Shown one piece after another: positions 20,127 through 28,933 of a stretch of 64,000 nt of DNA. Location of the stretch: positions 123,643-187,642 of the forward strand of contig PDSJ01000010.1 of NCBI GenBank assembly GCA_002748425.1. Direction: 5' to 3'. A program made the translations under genes and the position numbers. Origin of the DNA: a candidate division KSB3 bacterium. GTDB lineage: Bacteria > Moduliflexota > Moduliflexia > Moduliflexales > Moduliflexaceae. Every line of letters starts with the position of its first letter. The first letter of the stretch is position 1. The notes under the pieces are model-generated. The model saw only the letters and a list, made by a program, of their open reading frames with translations. It did not search any database and was not told the origin of the DNA.

Positions 20127-20945
20127 ATGAAGCATTCACGCTATCGTTTCCCCCTCAGTATCCAGACGGTTTTGCCGGACAATTACCGTGGAGATGATCA
20201 GTTTCAGCAGAATATGCATACGCTCCAGGAGCTTGGCTTCAGCAGCGTTGAGCTGAATATGGCTCATCCGAAGCGGATTGACCTGTCGGATGTGCTTGAT
20301 TTTTTGAAAGAATTTGATCTGAAGTTCAGTATGTTTGCCTCGGGTTTGACGGCAAAAACCTATGGTCTTTCTCTCTCAAGTGAGGATCGTGGCATTCGAC
20401 AACGCGCTGTCGACACCTGTCTGGAGATTATCGATTTTGTTGCAGGCACTGACGCTGGAATTATTCTTGGCTTCTTCAAGGGCGGGCCGGTCCCCGCGAT
20501 TGCGGACGCTAGAGCACGCTTTCGTGAGTCGATCGGAGCTCTCCTTCCGCGCGCCACAGCACAAAAAGTCCGCCTGATCGTTGAAGCGACCAACCGTTAC
20601 GAATCAGCCATCGCGAACAGTCTTGACGAGACGGTCGCCTTGATCGAAGATTTCCAGAATCCCCTTGTGCGCATCCTCCCTGATACCTTTCACATGAATA
20701 TCGAAGAGGCCGACGGCTATGCAGCGTTGCGGAGGTATAGCGATTATTACGATTCTTTTCATATCTCTGATAATAATCGTTATTTTCCCGGCTTCGGTGC
20801 CATTGATTTTCAGAAGGTCTTCAAGCTCCTGGAGGAACTGGGCTATACTGGTCCGGTCGCCATCGAGGGAAACATCAAGACAAGCTTTATCGATGATGTC
20901 ACCGCATCGGTAGAGTATCTCAAGCCGCTTCTCACGTCAGAATAA
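20127..20945 (+). CDS. Sugar phosphate isomerase/epimerase (xylose-isomerase-like TIM barrel)
   Basis: 272 aa, alpha/beta-barrel pattern, metal-site-like EATNRYE and DTFHMNIEE. Confidence 0.7.
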   Translation: MKHSRYRFPLSIQTVLPDNYRGDDQFQQNMHTLQELGFSSVELNMAHPKRIDLSDVLDFLKEFDLKFSMFASGLTAKTYGLSLSSEDRGIRQRAVDTCLEIIDFVAGTDAGIILGFFKGGPVPAIADARARFRESIGALLPRATAQKVRLIVEATNRYESAIANSLDETVALIEDFQNPLVRILPDTFHMNIEEADGYAALRRYSDYYDSFHISDNNRYFPGFGAIDFQKVFKLLEELGYTGPVAIEGNIKTSFIDDVTASVEYLKPLLTSE

Positions 20946-21065
20946 GACCTCATGCCCGTCCATCGTGATGAAACAGTGAAAGCGCTTTGAAGAAGCAAGG
21001 CAGTCTTGTTGGATTATCGACGTCAATAATTTGCCACGATATTGACTATGTTCATAAGACACGAT

Positions 21066-22976
21066 TCAGCAGTTCTGCACTTCGATGGAATCGGGCATGG
21101 AACGCGAAGAGTTCAGTGTCGGAAAGATCATGTTTTCCGCAAATATCCTGTGGAATTCAGCATTGCCGCTTAAGGCGATATGTTCTGTCTGCCCTGCAAT
21201 TTGATCGGCTTCATGCTTTGCCTGATGTGACAGCAGTGCTCGTTGCGCACCCAGACCGGCAGCATTGCCGATTGAACGGATGCGTTCTGCTGAAAGTGCT
21301 GGGATCAGACCGATCCGTAAAGCGCTTGTGGGATCGAGATAATTCCCGAAAGCGCCGGCCAGTAAAATCTCGTGAAGCGCGTTTGCCTGGACGTCCATTG
21401 CGCGTAACAGCATCTCAATGCCCGCCGCAATGGCAGCTTTGGCTAACTGGAGTTCACGGATATCCTGTTGTGTAATGACAATCGCTTCTCTGGGGTCGCA
21501 TTGCTCTGCTGGCAGAAGCGTAAAGTGCTTTGGGGCTCCTTTAGAAGCCAGACGCTCTTGTAAGAACAGCGGGAGCCCTTTTTGTTCGGCCTTTTCAGCA
21601 GTCAACAGCCGCCCTCCATCTTCGATGACTCCGGCATCCAGCATGTGGGCGACAGCATCTACCAGCCCTGATCCGCAAATACCGAGCGCAGGACCATCGC
21701 CAATCACATGGCAATGGACATTCTTTGCATCGATTGCGACTTTGTCGATCGCGCCCTCAGCAGCTCGCATTCCGTGCTGAATCTGGGCTCCCTCAAAGGC
21801 TGTTCCAGCAGCAGTGGAACAGGTCAACAGGCGGCCGGGCGCTGCCAGGACGATTTCACCGTTGGTACCAATATCCACAGCTAGGGTCAGTTCCTGGATT
21901 GTATGTAAATTGCTTGCCAGGATCACAGCGACTGTATCTGCCCCGACAAATCCGGCGATCAAGGGCAGCATCACGATCCTGGCCTGCGGGTGAATATGGA
22001 TACCCAGTTCAGAGGCTGTGCAGACCTGACGTTGGCGGATAGCCGCCATATATGGCGCAAATCCGAGGCGCAGCGGGTCGATATTCAAACAGAGGTGGTG
22101 CATGCACGTATTTCCGGCAATGGTCGATTCATAAATGCTCTCTGCTGTGACGCCGCTTTGTTCACACAGACTGTGAACGATTTTATTGATGGTATTCACG
22201 ATGTTTTCATGTAAAATCTGTCGCCCGTTGCGATCATTTTGCGCGAACGTGATACGCGACATCAGATCGCCGCCATATCTCGCCTGACTGTTTAATTCGG
22301 AGGCCGAAGCAAGCAGCTTGCCGTTATGGAGATCAAGAAGGTAGCCGACGACCGTCGTTGTGCCGAGATCAAAGGCAATGCCGTACATGTCTGCTGTGGT
22401 GTTGCCCGGTTCCAGAGCGAGAATAGTCCCTCGCCGGCTGACAACCGTGAGATCGCGGGCTTCTTGCTGGAGAAAAGAGGGCATCTGCCGCAAGGCGGCT
22501 AAATCGATCGAGACTGGCTGGGGGCCGTTTGAATCAGCTCTTGAAGGCTCTGCATACTGCCGGTAGATTTCTTCGAGTTCTGAGCGTTGCCGTTCTTCGC
22601 TGAATGTCGGGACTTCAATATGTTGTTTACTGATATCAGGATCGAGTTCGTGCCTTGTCTCTTCGGTTTGCGAGAGAATATTCAACGATTTTTCAGAAAG
22701 CGGAGGAGCAATCCTCACAGTGCAATCGCTCAGGACTCCGGCGTGACAAGCCAGACGAAAATTTTGCCCTATTTGCTGCGCGCCAAGCCGTTGTCGTTCT
22801 TCCGGCGTTGGAGCTGTAAGTTCCCCTTCGAGTACGTGAATGCGGCAGCTTCGGCAAATCCCTTTTCCACCGCAGCTTGCGGTGATCTCGATGTCTGCCT
22901 GACGGGCTCCTTCAAGTATCGTCTGCCCCGCCTGGAGATCAATATGCGTATCCGTTGGCTGAAATGTGAGTTTCAT
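21066..22976 (-). CDS. 2Fe-2S ferredoxin domain fused to an ASKHA-fold ATPase domain (RACo-like corrinoid activation protein / DUF4445 family)
   Basis: N-terminal CGGKGICRSCR...C (plant-type ferredoxin Cys pattern). C-terminal IAFDLGTTTVVGYLLD and DIGTNGEIV (ASKHA phosphate-binding motifs). Confidence 0.6.
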   Translation of the reverse strand: MKLTFQPTDTHIDLQAGQTILEGARQADIEITASCGGKGICRSCRIHVLEGELTAPTPEERQRLGAQQIGQNFRLACHAGVLSDCTVRIAPPLSEKSLNILSQTEETRHELDPDISKQHIEVPTFSEERQRSELEEIYRQYAEPSRADSNGPQPVSIDLAALRQMPSFLQQEARDLTVVSRRGTILALEPGNTTADMYGIAFDLGTTTVVGYLLDLHNGKLLASASELNSQARYGGDLMSRITFAQNDRNGRQILHENIVNTINKIVHSLCEQSGVTAESIYESTIAGNTCMHHLCLNIDPLRLGFAPYMAAIRQRQVCTASELGIHIHPQARIVMLPLIAGFVGADTVAVILASNLHTIQELTLAVDIGTNGEIVLAAPGRLLTCSTAAGTAFEGAQIQHGMRAAEGAIDKVAIDAKNVHCHVIGDGPALGICGSGLVDAVAHMLDAGVIEDGGRLLTAEKAEQKGLPLFLQERLASKGAPKHFTLLPAEQCDPREAIVITQQDIRELQLAKAAIAAGIEMLLRAMDVQANALHEILLAGAFGNYLDPTSALRIGLIPALSAERIRSIGNAAGLGAQRALLSHQAKHEADQIAGQTEHIALSGNAEFHRIFAENMIFPTLNSSRSMPDSIEVQNC

Positions 22977-23019
22977 CTGAGAGATCCGAGTGTTTTAGAT
23001 CTTGGCTGGGGTGGAATTA

Positions 23020-23586
23020 TTATAATCTGATCTCCGACAGAACCGTGTATTCAGGGCCGCGAGGTCTGAGTTCGCTTTTGAGCAGGAAGATACTGCGAAC
23101 AGAAAGCTCTCCAACCCAGACGTTGACCATTGATTCGATGGCGCGCAGCAGCGTACTGTGGTTCTTCTGAGAACGAACCCGTCCAAGCGTTAAGTGGGGT
23201 TGAAAGCGCTCTCTTTCCATGTCAAAGCCGAGTTGAGCCAGACCGCCTGATACGGATGACTGAAGTGTTTTTAAACTGCCGCTGTCGTCATCAGTTACCC
23301 CAATCCAGATCACACGCGGAAAACGAATATTTGGAAATGCGCCTGCATAGCCGATTTGCAGCTGAAACGGGGCGAGATCCTGAACACTGCTGAGGATAGC
23401 GCTGACAAGTTCATCGAGCTGTTTTTCCTCGATGTTTCCAAGAAATTGAAGGGTTAGGTGAATGTTTTCAGGAGCTGTCCAGGAGACATGGGCCTCCGAC
23501 TGCTTAAGCTTATCCTGGATGGCTTGCAGCTTTTCCTGAATGTCTCCAGGAATCTTAATTGCGATAAAGGAGCGAATGACTGCCAT
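23020..23586 (-). CDS. thpR: RNA 2',3'-cyclic phosphodiesterase (2H phosphoesterase, LigT/ThpR)
   Basis: Two HxTx motifs: HLTLQFLG and HLTLGR. Confidence 0.75.
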   Translation of the reverse strand: MAVIRSFIAIKIPGDIQEKLQAIQDKLKQSEAHVSWTAPENIHLTLQFLGNIEEKQLDELVSAILSSVQDLAPFQLQIGYAGAFPNIRFPRVIWIGVTDDDSGSLKTLQSSVSGGLAQLGFDMERERFQPHLTLGRVRSQKNHSTLLRAIESMVNVWVGELSVRSIFLLKSELRPRGPEYTVLSEIRL

Positions 23587-23603
23587 GAGCAGGTCCTTGT
23601 AAC

Positions 23604-24851
23604 TTAGTGTGCTTTTAGTAAATGATGCCGCAGCATGTTCAGAGCGGTTTGGGCAGTGCGATTTTTCACGCTCAAGCGATCACCGGAAAAATGACATTTT
23701 TTCCATTGGGTGTCAGCGCCTTCTGCAGCCAGAGCAATGTAAACCAGTCCGACCGGTTTTTCGCGTGTTCCTCCACCCGGGCCTGCAATGCCAGTCACTG
23801 CCAGTCCATAGTGTGTTTGCGCGATCCAGCGAATCCCTTCGGCCATTGCGACGGCAGTCTCCGGGCTGACTGCACCATGCTGTTCGATTAGATTCGGTGA
23901 GATGTCTAAAAGAGAAATTTTCGCCTCATTGCTGTAGGAGACGACTCCGCGTTCAAAATAGTGCGAACTCCCTGCGATGTTAGTTAACCGGTTCGCAATC
24001 AATCCGCCAGTGCAGGATTCTGCCAGCGCCAGCGTATGCTGCTGTGTGAGCAGAAGTTCTCCTACAACTTCTGCCAGGGTCTGCGAGCCAGTGCCGTAGA
24101 TATACTGCCCTAACGCTCTCTGTATGTGCGTCCTGATTTCTTGCAGGCGGCTGTCGACATCACTCTGAATGTCGCCTTTGACTGTCACAATAATCGACGT
24201 TTCTTCACCGTCGGAAACATAGCGCAGCAGTTGTGAGAGCGGATCGCGATCGAGACCTTTAAGAGATTCCCTGACTTTCTCCAGGGGAAGACCACAGCTT
24301 TTGAACATGACGCCGCTGACCGCACCGGAACGAAAACGTTTGGGATTCAAGTGAGGCAGAATATGTTTTGCCAGCATGGTTTCGACCGCTGTTGGGTGGG
24401 CGGGCATCAAGACGACGCGGGTCTGCCCGTCGTGAAATATAAAGCCGGGCAGCCCCTCACGATCGTTCTCGAGTATATCGGCGTCAGTGGGAACCAGGGC
24501 TTGTTTCTCGACACTGCGTGGCATCACTTCACCGCGATCCTGAAAATCCTGCTTAATGGCATCGAGGAGTTTATAATTCAAGACCAGACGTTTCTTGAGC
24601 ACTCTGGTCAAGAGTTTTTTACTGATGTCATATTCGCCGGAAACAACACTTCCGAGGACAAAAATCAGGGTCGAACGCTCGATCGCCTGTCGTAAAATTT
24701 CTTCAAGACGTGATTCCTGGGCACTGACGGCGCTGACATAATCGATCTCGACACCTGCTTCCAGAAGCTGGGTGGCGATCGGAGCAATTCCACTGTTTCG
24801 AGAATCTTGGATAATAAATTCACTTCCTGCAGCAATAATTTCAACAGACAC
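23604..24851 (-). CDS. cinA: Competence/damage-inducible protein CinA (MoCF-binding N-terminal domain plus CinA C-terminal domain)
   Basis: C-terminal LALAESCTGGLIANRLTNIAGSS. The N-terminal domain resembles MoaB/CinA. Confidence 0.8.
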   Translation of the reverse strand: MSVEIIAAGSEFIIQDSRNSGIAPIATQLLEAGVEIDYVSAVSAQESRLEEILRQAIERSTLIFVLGSVVSGEYDISKKLLTRVLKKRLVLNYKLLDAIKQDFQDRGEVMPRSVEKQALVPTDADILENDREGLPGFIFHDGQTRVVLMPAHPTAVETMLAKHILPHLNPKRFRSGAVSGVMFKSCGLPLEKVRESLKGLDRDPLSQLLRYVSDGEETSIIVTVKGDIQSDVDSRLQEIRTHIQRALGQYIYGTGSQTLAEVVGELLLTQQHTLALAESCTGGLIANRLTNIAGSSHYFERGVVSYSNEAKISLLDISPNLIEQHGAVSPETAVAMAEGIRWIAQTHYGLAVTGIAGPGGGTREKPVGLVYIALAAEGADTQWKKCHFSGDRLSVKNRTAQTALNMLRHHLLKAH

Positions 24852-24938
24852 GTGTTCGTCGGTATGCAGTTGTCAGTATTCCGCAAGCAGGCTTCTCGGC
24901 CGACTGTTACGCGTTGAATACTGACGACTGTTTCCTGT

Positions 24939-25424
24939 TCAGCGGATCAGCGCGGCGATAATCTGGAGTACGATATTTCCATAGACTCCGGCCAGCGCGT
25001 CGTCGGCCATCACGCCGAAGCCCTTCAAATTCGGATTAAGGTCGATTTGACGGATGGGATATGGTTTCAAAATATCAAAAATGCGGAAAACAAAAAACCC
25101 CAGGATGATAAACAGCCCGCTTTGAGGCAGAAAAGCCATTGTAAGGAAATAGCCGATAATTTCATCGATCACGATAATACCGTGATCCTGCTGTCCAGTC
25201 GCCTGTTCGATTCGATTCGCTCCCTGAATACCAAGCCCAAAAAGCAGGGCACTTATCAGAAGATAGGGAATCCAGCCCAGCTTTAGCAGGATCAGGTAGA
25301 GCGGAATTGCCGCTACAGTGCCGGCAGTTCCTGAGGCAATCGGGGAATAGCCCGACAAGAACCCTGTGCTCAGGATGAGCTGGAACCAGCCGATTTTTTT
25401 CGCAAGCGTCTCTATCGTATTCAT
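24939..25424 (-). CDS. pgpA: Phosphatidylglycerophosphatase A
   Basis: SPIASGTAGTVAAIPL and IVIDEIIG motifs. 161 aa membrane protein. Confidence 0.8.
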   Translation of the reverse strand: MNTIETLAKKIGWFQLILSTGFLSGYSPIASGTAGTVAAIPLYLILLKLGWIPYLLISALLFGLGIQGANRIEQATGQQDHGIIVIDEIIGYFLTMAFLPQSGLFIILGFFVFRIFDILKPYPIRQIDLNPNLKGFGVMADDALAGVYGNIVLQIIAALIR

Positions 25425-25589
25425 TACAGATGAAAATTTTAGCAGGGGAATGGTATTCCCAGTTATGAGAAAATGTTTCTGTCTGCAAATATGTTATGTA
25501 GATATCAGAATACATCGTGAAAACCCTGTCAACAAATATGTTCCATAATCTGAAAAAGCCAGAAAAGTTTTTCAATATCAAATTTTTTC

Positions 25590-25619
25590 TTGACTAAAAT
25601 GCTCGTGTTCCTGTGTAAT
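25590..25619 (+). promoter_or_regulatory. Sigma70-like promoter for the tRNA gene
   Basis: TTGACT (25590-25595), 18-nt spacer, TGTAAT (25614-25619), about 13 nt before tRNA position 1. Confidence 0.45.
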
Positions 25620-25632
25620 GGATACTGTTGAT

Positions 25633-26039
25633 GGGCCGTTAGCTCAGTTGGGAGAGCAGCTGACTCTTATGTAACGGGAGCCCCATGCAGTAATGAATGG
25701 GTGAACATTCGGCTATATGCTAGGACGTCCTGAGAGCCTGGACTACTTCCTTAGAAGTAAAAATGTTCAGGATTGGATAATTAGCAGGCAACCCTTACAG
25801 CGTACCGGATTTGCTGTGAAGTGATTTTTCTAAGGCGAAATTGCAGACGCAGTATTCCAGCAGAACGATGGTATGTCTGTGAGGAAGCCCTCAGAGGCCA
25901 TACGCCGAACATCCGACCAGGTTAAGCTGAGGATGATGAAATGGTCCAGACCGCAACATCGCTACTATGATGGATGGCTGTACGAAAGGCAGTGCGGCAG
26001 GTAATCAGCGGGTCAAAGGTTCGAGCCCTTTACGGCCTA
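25633..26039 (+). tRNA. Split tRNA, anticodon CUU (Lys-like): 5' exon 25633-25667, 3' exon 26002-26039, interrupted in the anticodon loop by a 334-nt insertion
   Basis: 5' exon GGGCCGT-TA-GCTC-AGTTGGGA-GAGC-A-GCTGA-CUCU. 3' exon UAA-TCAGC-GGGTC-AAAGG-TTCGAGC-CCTTT-ACGGCCT-A. All four stems pair: acceptor 7 bp with G1-U72, D stem GCTC/GAGC, anticodon stem GCTGA/TCAGC, T stem AAAGG/CCTTT. U8, A14, G18G19, the G15-C48 pair, T54-T55-C56 and A58 are all present. Confidence 0.65.
25668..26001 (+). ncRNA. Candidate group I self-splicing intron in the tRNA anticodon loop
   Basis: The 5' exon ends in U, which can wobble-pair with the G of an internal guide sequence GGGAG 9 nt into the insertion (P1: CUCU/GGAG). 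The insertion ends in G (omega G). No ORF, no target-site duplication. Core P/Q/R/S elements could not be verified by eye. Confidence 0.4.
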
Positions 26040-26045
26040 TTTAGT

Positions 26046-26085
26046 GAGAAGCCACGAATTCATTGTGAATTCGTGGCTTTTTTCT
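26046..26085 (+). terminator. Rho-independent terminator after the tRNA
   Basis: GCCACGAATTCA-TTGT-GAATTCGTGGC perfect 12-bp stem followed by TTTTTTCTTT. Confidence 0.65.
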
Positions 26086-26104
26086 TTATGACGTTCAAGA
26101 CAAT

Positions 26105-26746
26105 TCATTGTTCTATGATTAGCGAAGCAAATGACTCCATCACATGAAAATCCGGGGTTAATGACGCGATTGGATTCCAGCTGCGGTAATGAACGTCATC
26201 TGTCTTGTCGCCGCATTTATAGAAATTTCCCCGAAACGTCCCTCCAGGTATCCGAACAGCAGCGTCGTTGACAAAAACAGAAAAGGGCATTTTGATCGTC
26301 AGATCCCAATCCTCTTTTCCCCTGAACGGGTCATCAATGGGGGAACTGCCCAGCGAGGAAATTGTCTCGATGCTCTGCAGAACATCACGTGAAAAACGAC
26401 TGCGATCCCTGCCCCTTCCGTAGCCGAACAGCTTCGTGCCTATCGCATTGACTTCAAGATTATAATATCTGCAATTATCGAGGCTTATAAAAAATTCACA
26501 ACAACTGTCCTGAAAGACATTGCTGTTGTCAAGCGTGTTGACAGCCCTGACTTTTTCTCCTTTCACAACATAATGAAGGTAAAAGTTACTACCATCATGA
26601 AGGATATGGAATCCTGCAGCCGGCCCGTCAGAATAGTTCTCCCAGTTGATTTGATCGATCTCATGTTTTGTTGATAACGTCAGTGTTCTTTTCAGATCAT
26701 CCAGAGAATCTACTTGTTGTATTCGTTGCACAACGACTTCTTTCAT
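26105..26746 (-). CDS. Hypothetical protein, possibly a carbohydrate-binding family 9 (CBM9)-like domain protein
   Basis: 213 aa. C-terminal WNPIASLTPDFHVMESFASLI resembles the CBM9-like FH-P-E-S-F-G ending. Confidence 0.4.
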   Translation of the reverse strand: MKEVVVQRIQQVDSLDDLKRTLTLSTKHEIDQINWENYSDGPAAGFHILHDGSNFYLHYVVKGEKVRAVNTLDNSNVFQDSCCEFFISLDNCRYYNLEVNAIGTKLFGYGRGRDRSRFSRDVLQSIETISSLGSSPIDDPFRGKEDWDLTIKMPFSVFVNDAAVRIPGGTFRGNFYKCGDKTDDVHYRSWNPIASLTPDFHVMESFASLIIEQ

Positions 26747-26990
26747 AGCTGTTTCCTGATAATTTTTGATAAGAGTTGTGAATCCTGATTGCTGGCTTGA
26801 TGTTTACGCTTACTGTACTCTCGTGATGTAAAGTTAAGCTTGTGCTCCTCCGGTTCCGCGGAAAAAAGCATCTGGTCCAAAGAGACTATCTGGATAAGCC
26901 AGTCAAAAAATAAAGACCATGGTACAGGGGGCATACTATGGCAACGATCTCCTGTCTCAGCAGCGTTGCAGACCAGGCTGGCGGCGCTTT

Positions 26991-28904
26991 TCAGGCTTGA
27001 CGAATAACGCTTCGATACCAGATTTCGAGGTTGAGCAACAGCCAGATACGATGCCTGTGATCGAGCTGTCCGTTCTGGTGCTCCTGTAAAATACGCTGCA
27101 GGCCCGCTTCGCTGAAGATGCCGTCCTGGACGAGAAGTGAGGGCGAGAATGTCTCATGGAGCATGTCGCGTAATTCATGGCGAAACCACTGTCCCAGCGG
27201 CACTCCAAAGCCCTGCTTCTTCCTGAGCAAAATCTTCGGAGGGAGCCAGTGGCTCGCAATTTTTTTCAGAAGCTGTTTCAGCTTGGTCCTTCGAGCCTTG
27301 ACATGGGCAGGAAGTGTCGCAACCAATTCCATCAATTTATGGTCGAGAAACGGAGAACGCCCCTCCAGGCTATGGGCCATTGTCATGCGATCGACCTTGA
27401 CCAGCAGGTCGCCTGGCAGATAGGTCATCACATCTGAATAAAGCATTTGATCGATAGCATCTTCGACGTGGTCGGCATGCAGATATTGCATCATGTACGC
27501 CAAAGAATCAAGGGACGCGACATGCTCTCGTAATTCATCGGTCAAAATATTCAGTTTACGATGCTTCTCAAAAATTGTCATGGTTCGGGCATAGTGATAT
27601 TCCGGTTTTTCCAGAGAAAGCTCGTTAAGAAAGCGCAGACGTCGCAAAAACGACCGACAGGGCGCGGGGAGGGCTGTCTGCGTCCTTGCTGTGTCGTATA
27701 CGCGGTCGAAAAAAGGCCTTAATATGCGTTTTCTCAGTGTGAGGGGCAGGGCGCGGTAGTAGTTGACAAGCCGGCAGCCGGCGTAACGCTCGTAGCCTGC
27801 AAAAGACTCGTCCCCGCCATCGCCGTTCAGGGCCACTTTGACATGCTGACTCGTGAGTTCGGCCAGATAAAATGAGGGAATGGCAGAAGGATCGCCAAAC
27901 GGCTCGTCAAAATGCCAGACCAATTTCGGGAGTATTTCTACAGCATCGGGCTCAACGATCAATTCGTGATGTCTGGTGTTATACTGTTGAGCAACGAGAC
28001 GCGCATACGGCAGCTCGTTAAATTCTTTTTCGTGAAATCCAATCGAAAATGTCTCAATCGGCTGATCGCTGTATTGCGACATCAGAGCAACGACGAGGCT
28101 GGAGTCAATGCCTCCGCTCAAAAAAGCCCCGACCGGGACATCGCTGATCATGCGCATGCGCACTGCGTCATGGAGGACGTCTTCGACTTGTTCGAGCATC
28201 TCATGTTCATCCATCCGAACTTTGGGGCTGTACTGCAAGTCCCAATAGCGTTCCGTTGTAATGACTCCACCCTCACAGACCAGGCGGCAGGCAGGAGGAA
28301 GTTTCATAATGCCTTGAAACATTGTGAGAGGCGGAGGAACGTATTGATAGGTCAAATAGTGGTACAGGGCCTCAAAATCCACTTCACGCTGAACGCTGCG
28401 ATCTTGAAGCAATGATTTTATTTCAGAGGAAAAACTGAGTGCAGCGTCTGTGAGATGGTAGAAGAGAGGTTTCTGCCCGACGCGATCGCGCGCTAAAAAC
28501 AGGCGCTGCGCACGGACATCCCAGATCGCAATGGCAAACATGCCGCGCAAATATTTCACACACTCTGTCCCATACTCATCATAGAGATGAAGAATGACCT
28601 CTGTGTCGGAATGAGTCCTGAATGTGTAACCTTTTTTCTCCAGCTCGATACGACGCTGGGGAAAGTTATAGACCTCTCCGTTATAGACAATCCAGAGATC
28701 TTTGCGGATGTTAGACATCGGCTGCTGGCCTGTGGAGAGATCGATGATGCTCAATCGGCGATGGCCTAAGCCTACATGTCCGTCCACGTAAATTCCGCTC
28801 TCATCAGGACCACGATGAACGAGCGCGTCGCGCATTTTTTCCAGAAGCGAGGACTCTACACGGCGCTGAGTGTCAAAATATATTTTCCCGCAAATTCCAC
28901 ACAT
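26991..28904 (-). CDS. asnB: Asparagine synthetase (glutamine-hydrolysing), class B
   Basis: N-terminal MCGICG nucleophile. SGGIDSS PP-loop. 637 aa. Confidence 0.9.
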   Translation of the reverse strand: MCGICGKIYFDTQRRVESSLLEKMRDALVHRGPDESGIYVDGHVGLGHRRLSIIDLSTGQQPMSNIRKDLWIVYNGEVYNFPQRRIELEKKGYTFRTHSDTEVILHLYDEYGTECVKYLRGMFAIAIWDVRAQRLFLARDRVGQKPLFYHLTDAALSFSSEIKSLLQDRSVQREVDFEALYHYLTYQYVPPPLTMFQGIMKLPPACRLVCEGGVITTERYWDLQYSPKVRMDEHEMLEQVEDVLHDAVRMRMISDVPVGAFLSGGIDSSLVVALMSQYSDQPIETFSIGFHEKEFNELPYARLVAQQYNTRHHELIVEPDAVEILPKLVWHFDEPFGDPSAIPSFYLAELTSQHVKVALNGDGGDESFAGYERYAGCRLVNYYRALPLTLRKRILRPFFDRVYDTARTQTALPAPCRSFLRRLRFLNELSLEKPEYHYARTMTIFEKHRKLNILTDELREHVASLDSLAYMMQYLHADHVEDAIDQMLYSDVMTYLPGDLLVKVDRMTMAHSLEGRSPFLDHKLMELVATLPAHVKARRTKLKQLLKKIASHWLPPKILLRKKQGFGVPLGQWFRHELRDMLHETFSPSLLVQDGIFSEAGLQRILQEHQNGQLDHRHRIWLLLNLEIWYRSVIRQA

Positions 28905-28933
28905 AATGAAAACGCTCTTGCTGAATGACAGGG

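Noticed and set aside
20987-21475. 162-aa plus-strand ORF
   Set aside because: It lies inside the 636-aa RACo-like gene on the opposite strand and shows no recognisable motifs.
25633-26039. Possible tmRNA (ssrA): tRNA-like ends around a roughly 400-nt body
   Set aside because: The 5' part has a complete D arm and the 5' strand of an anticodon stem that pairs perfectly with the 3' part. tmRNA has neither. No tag-peptide-like reading frame ending in ALAA-stop is present.
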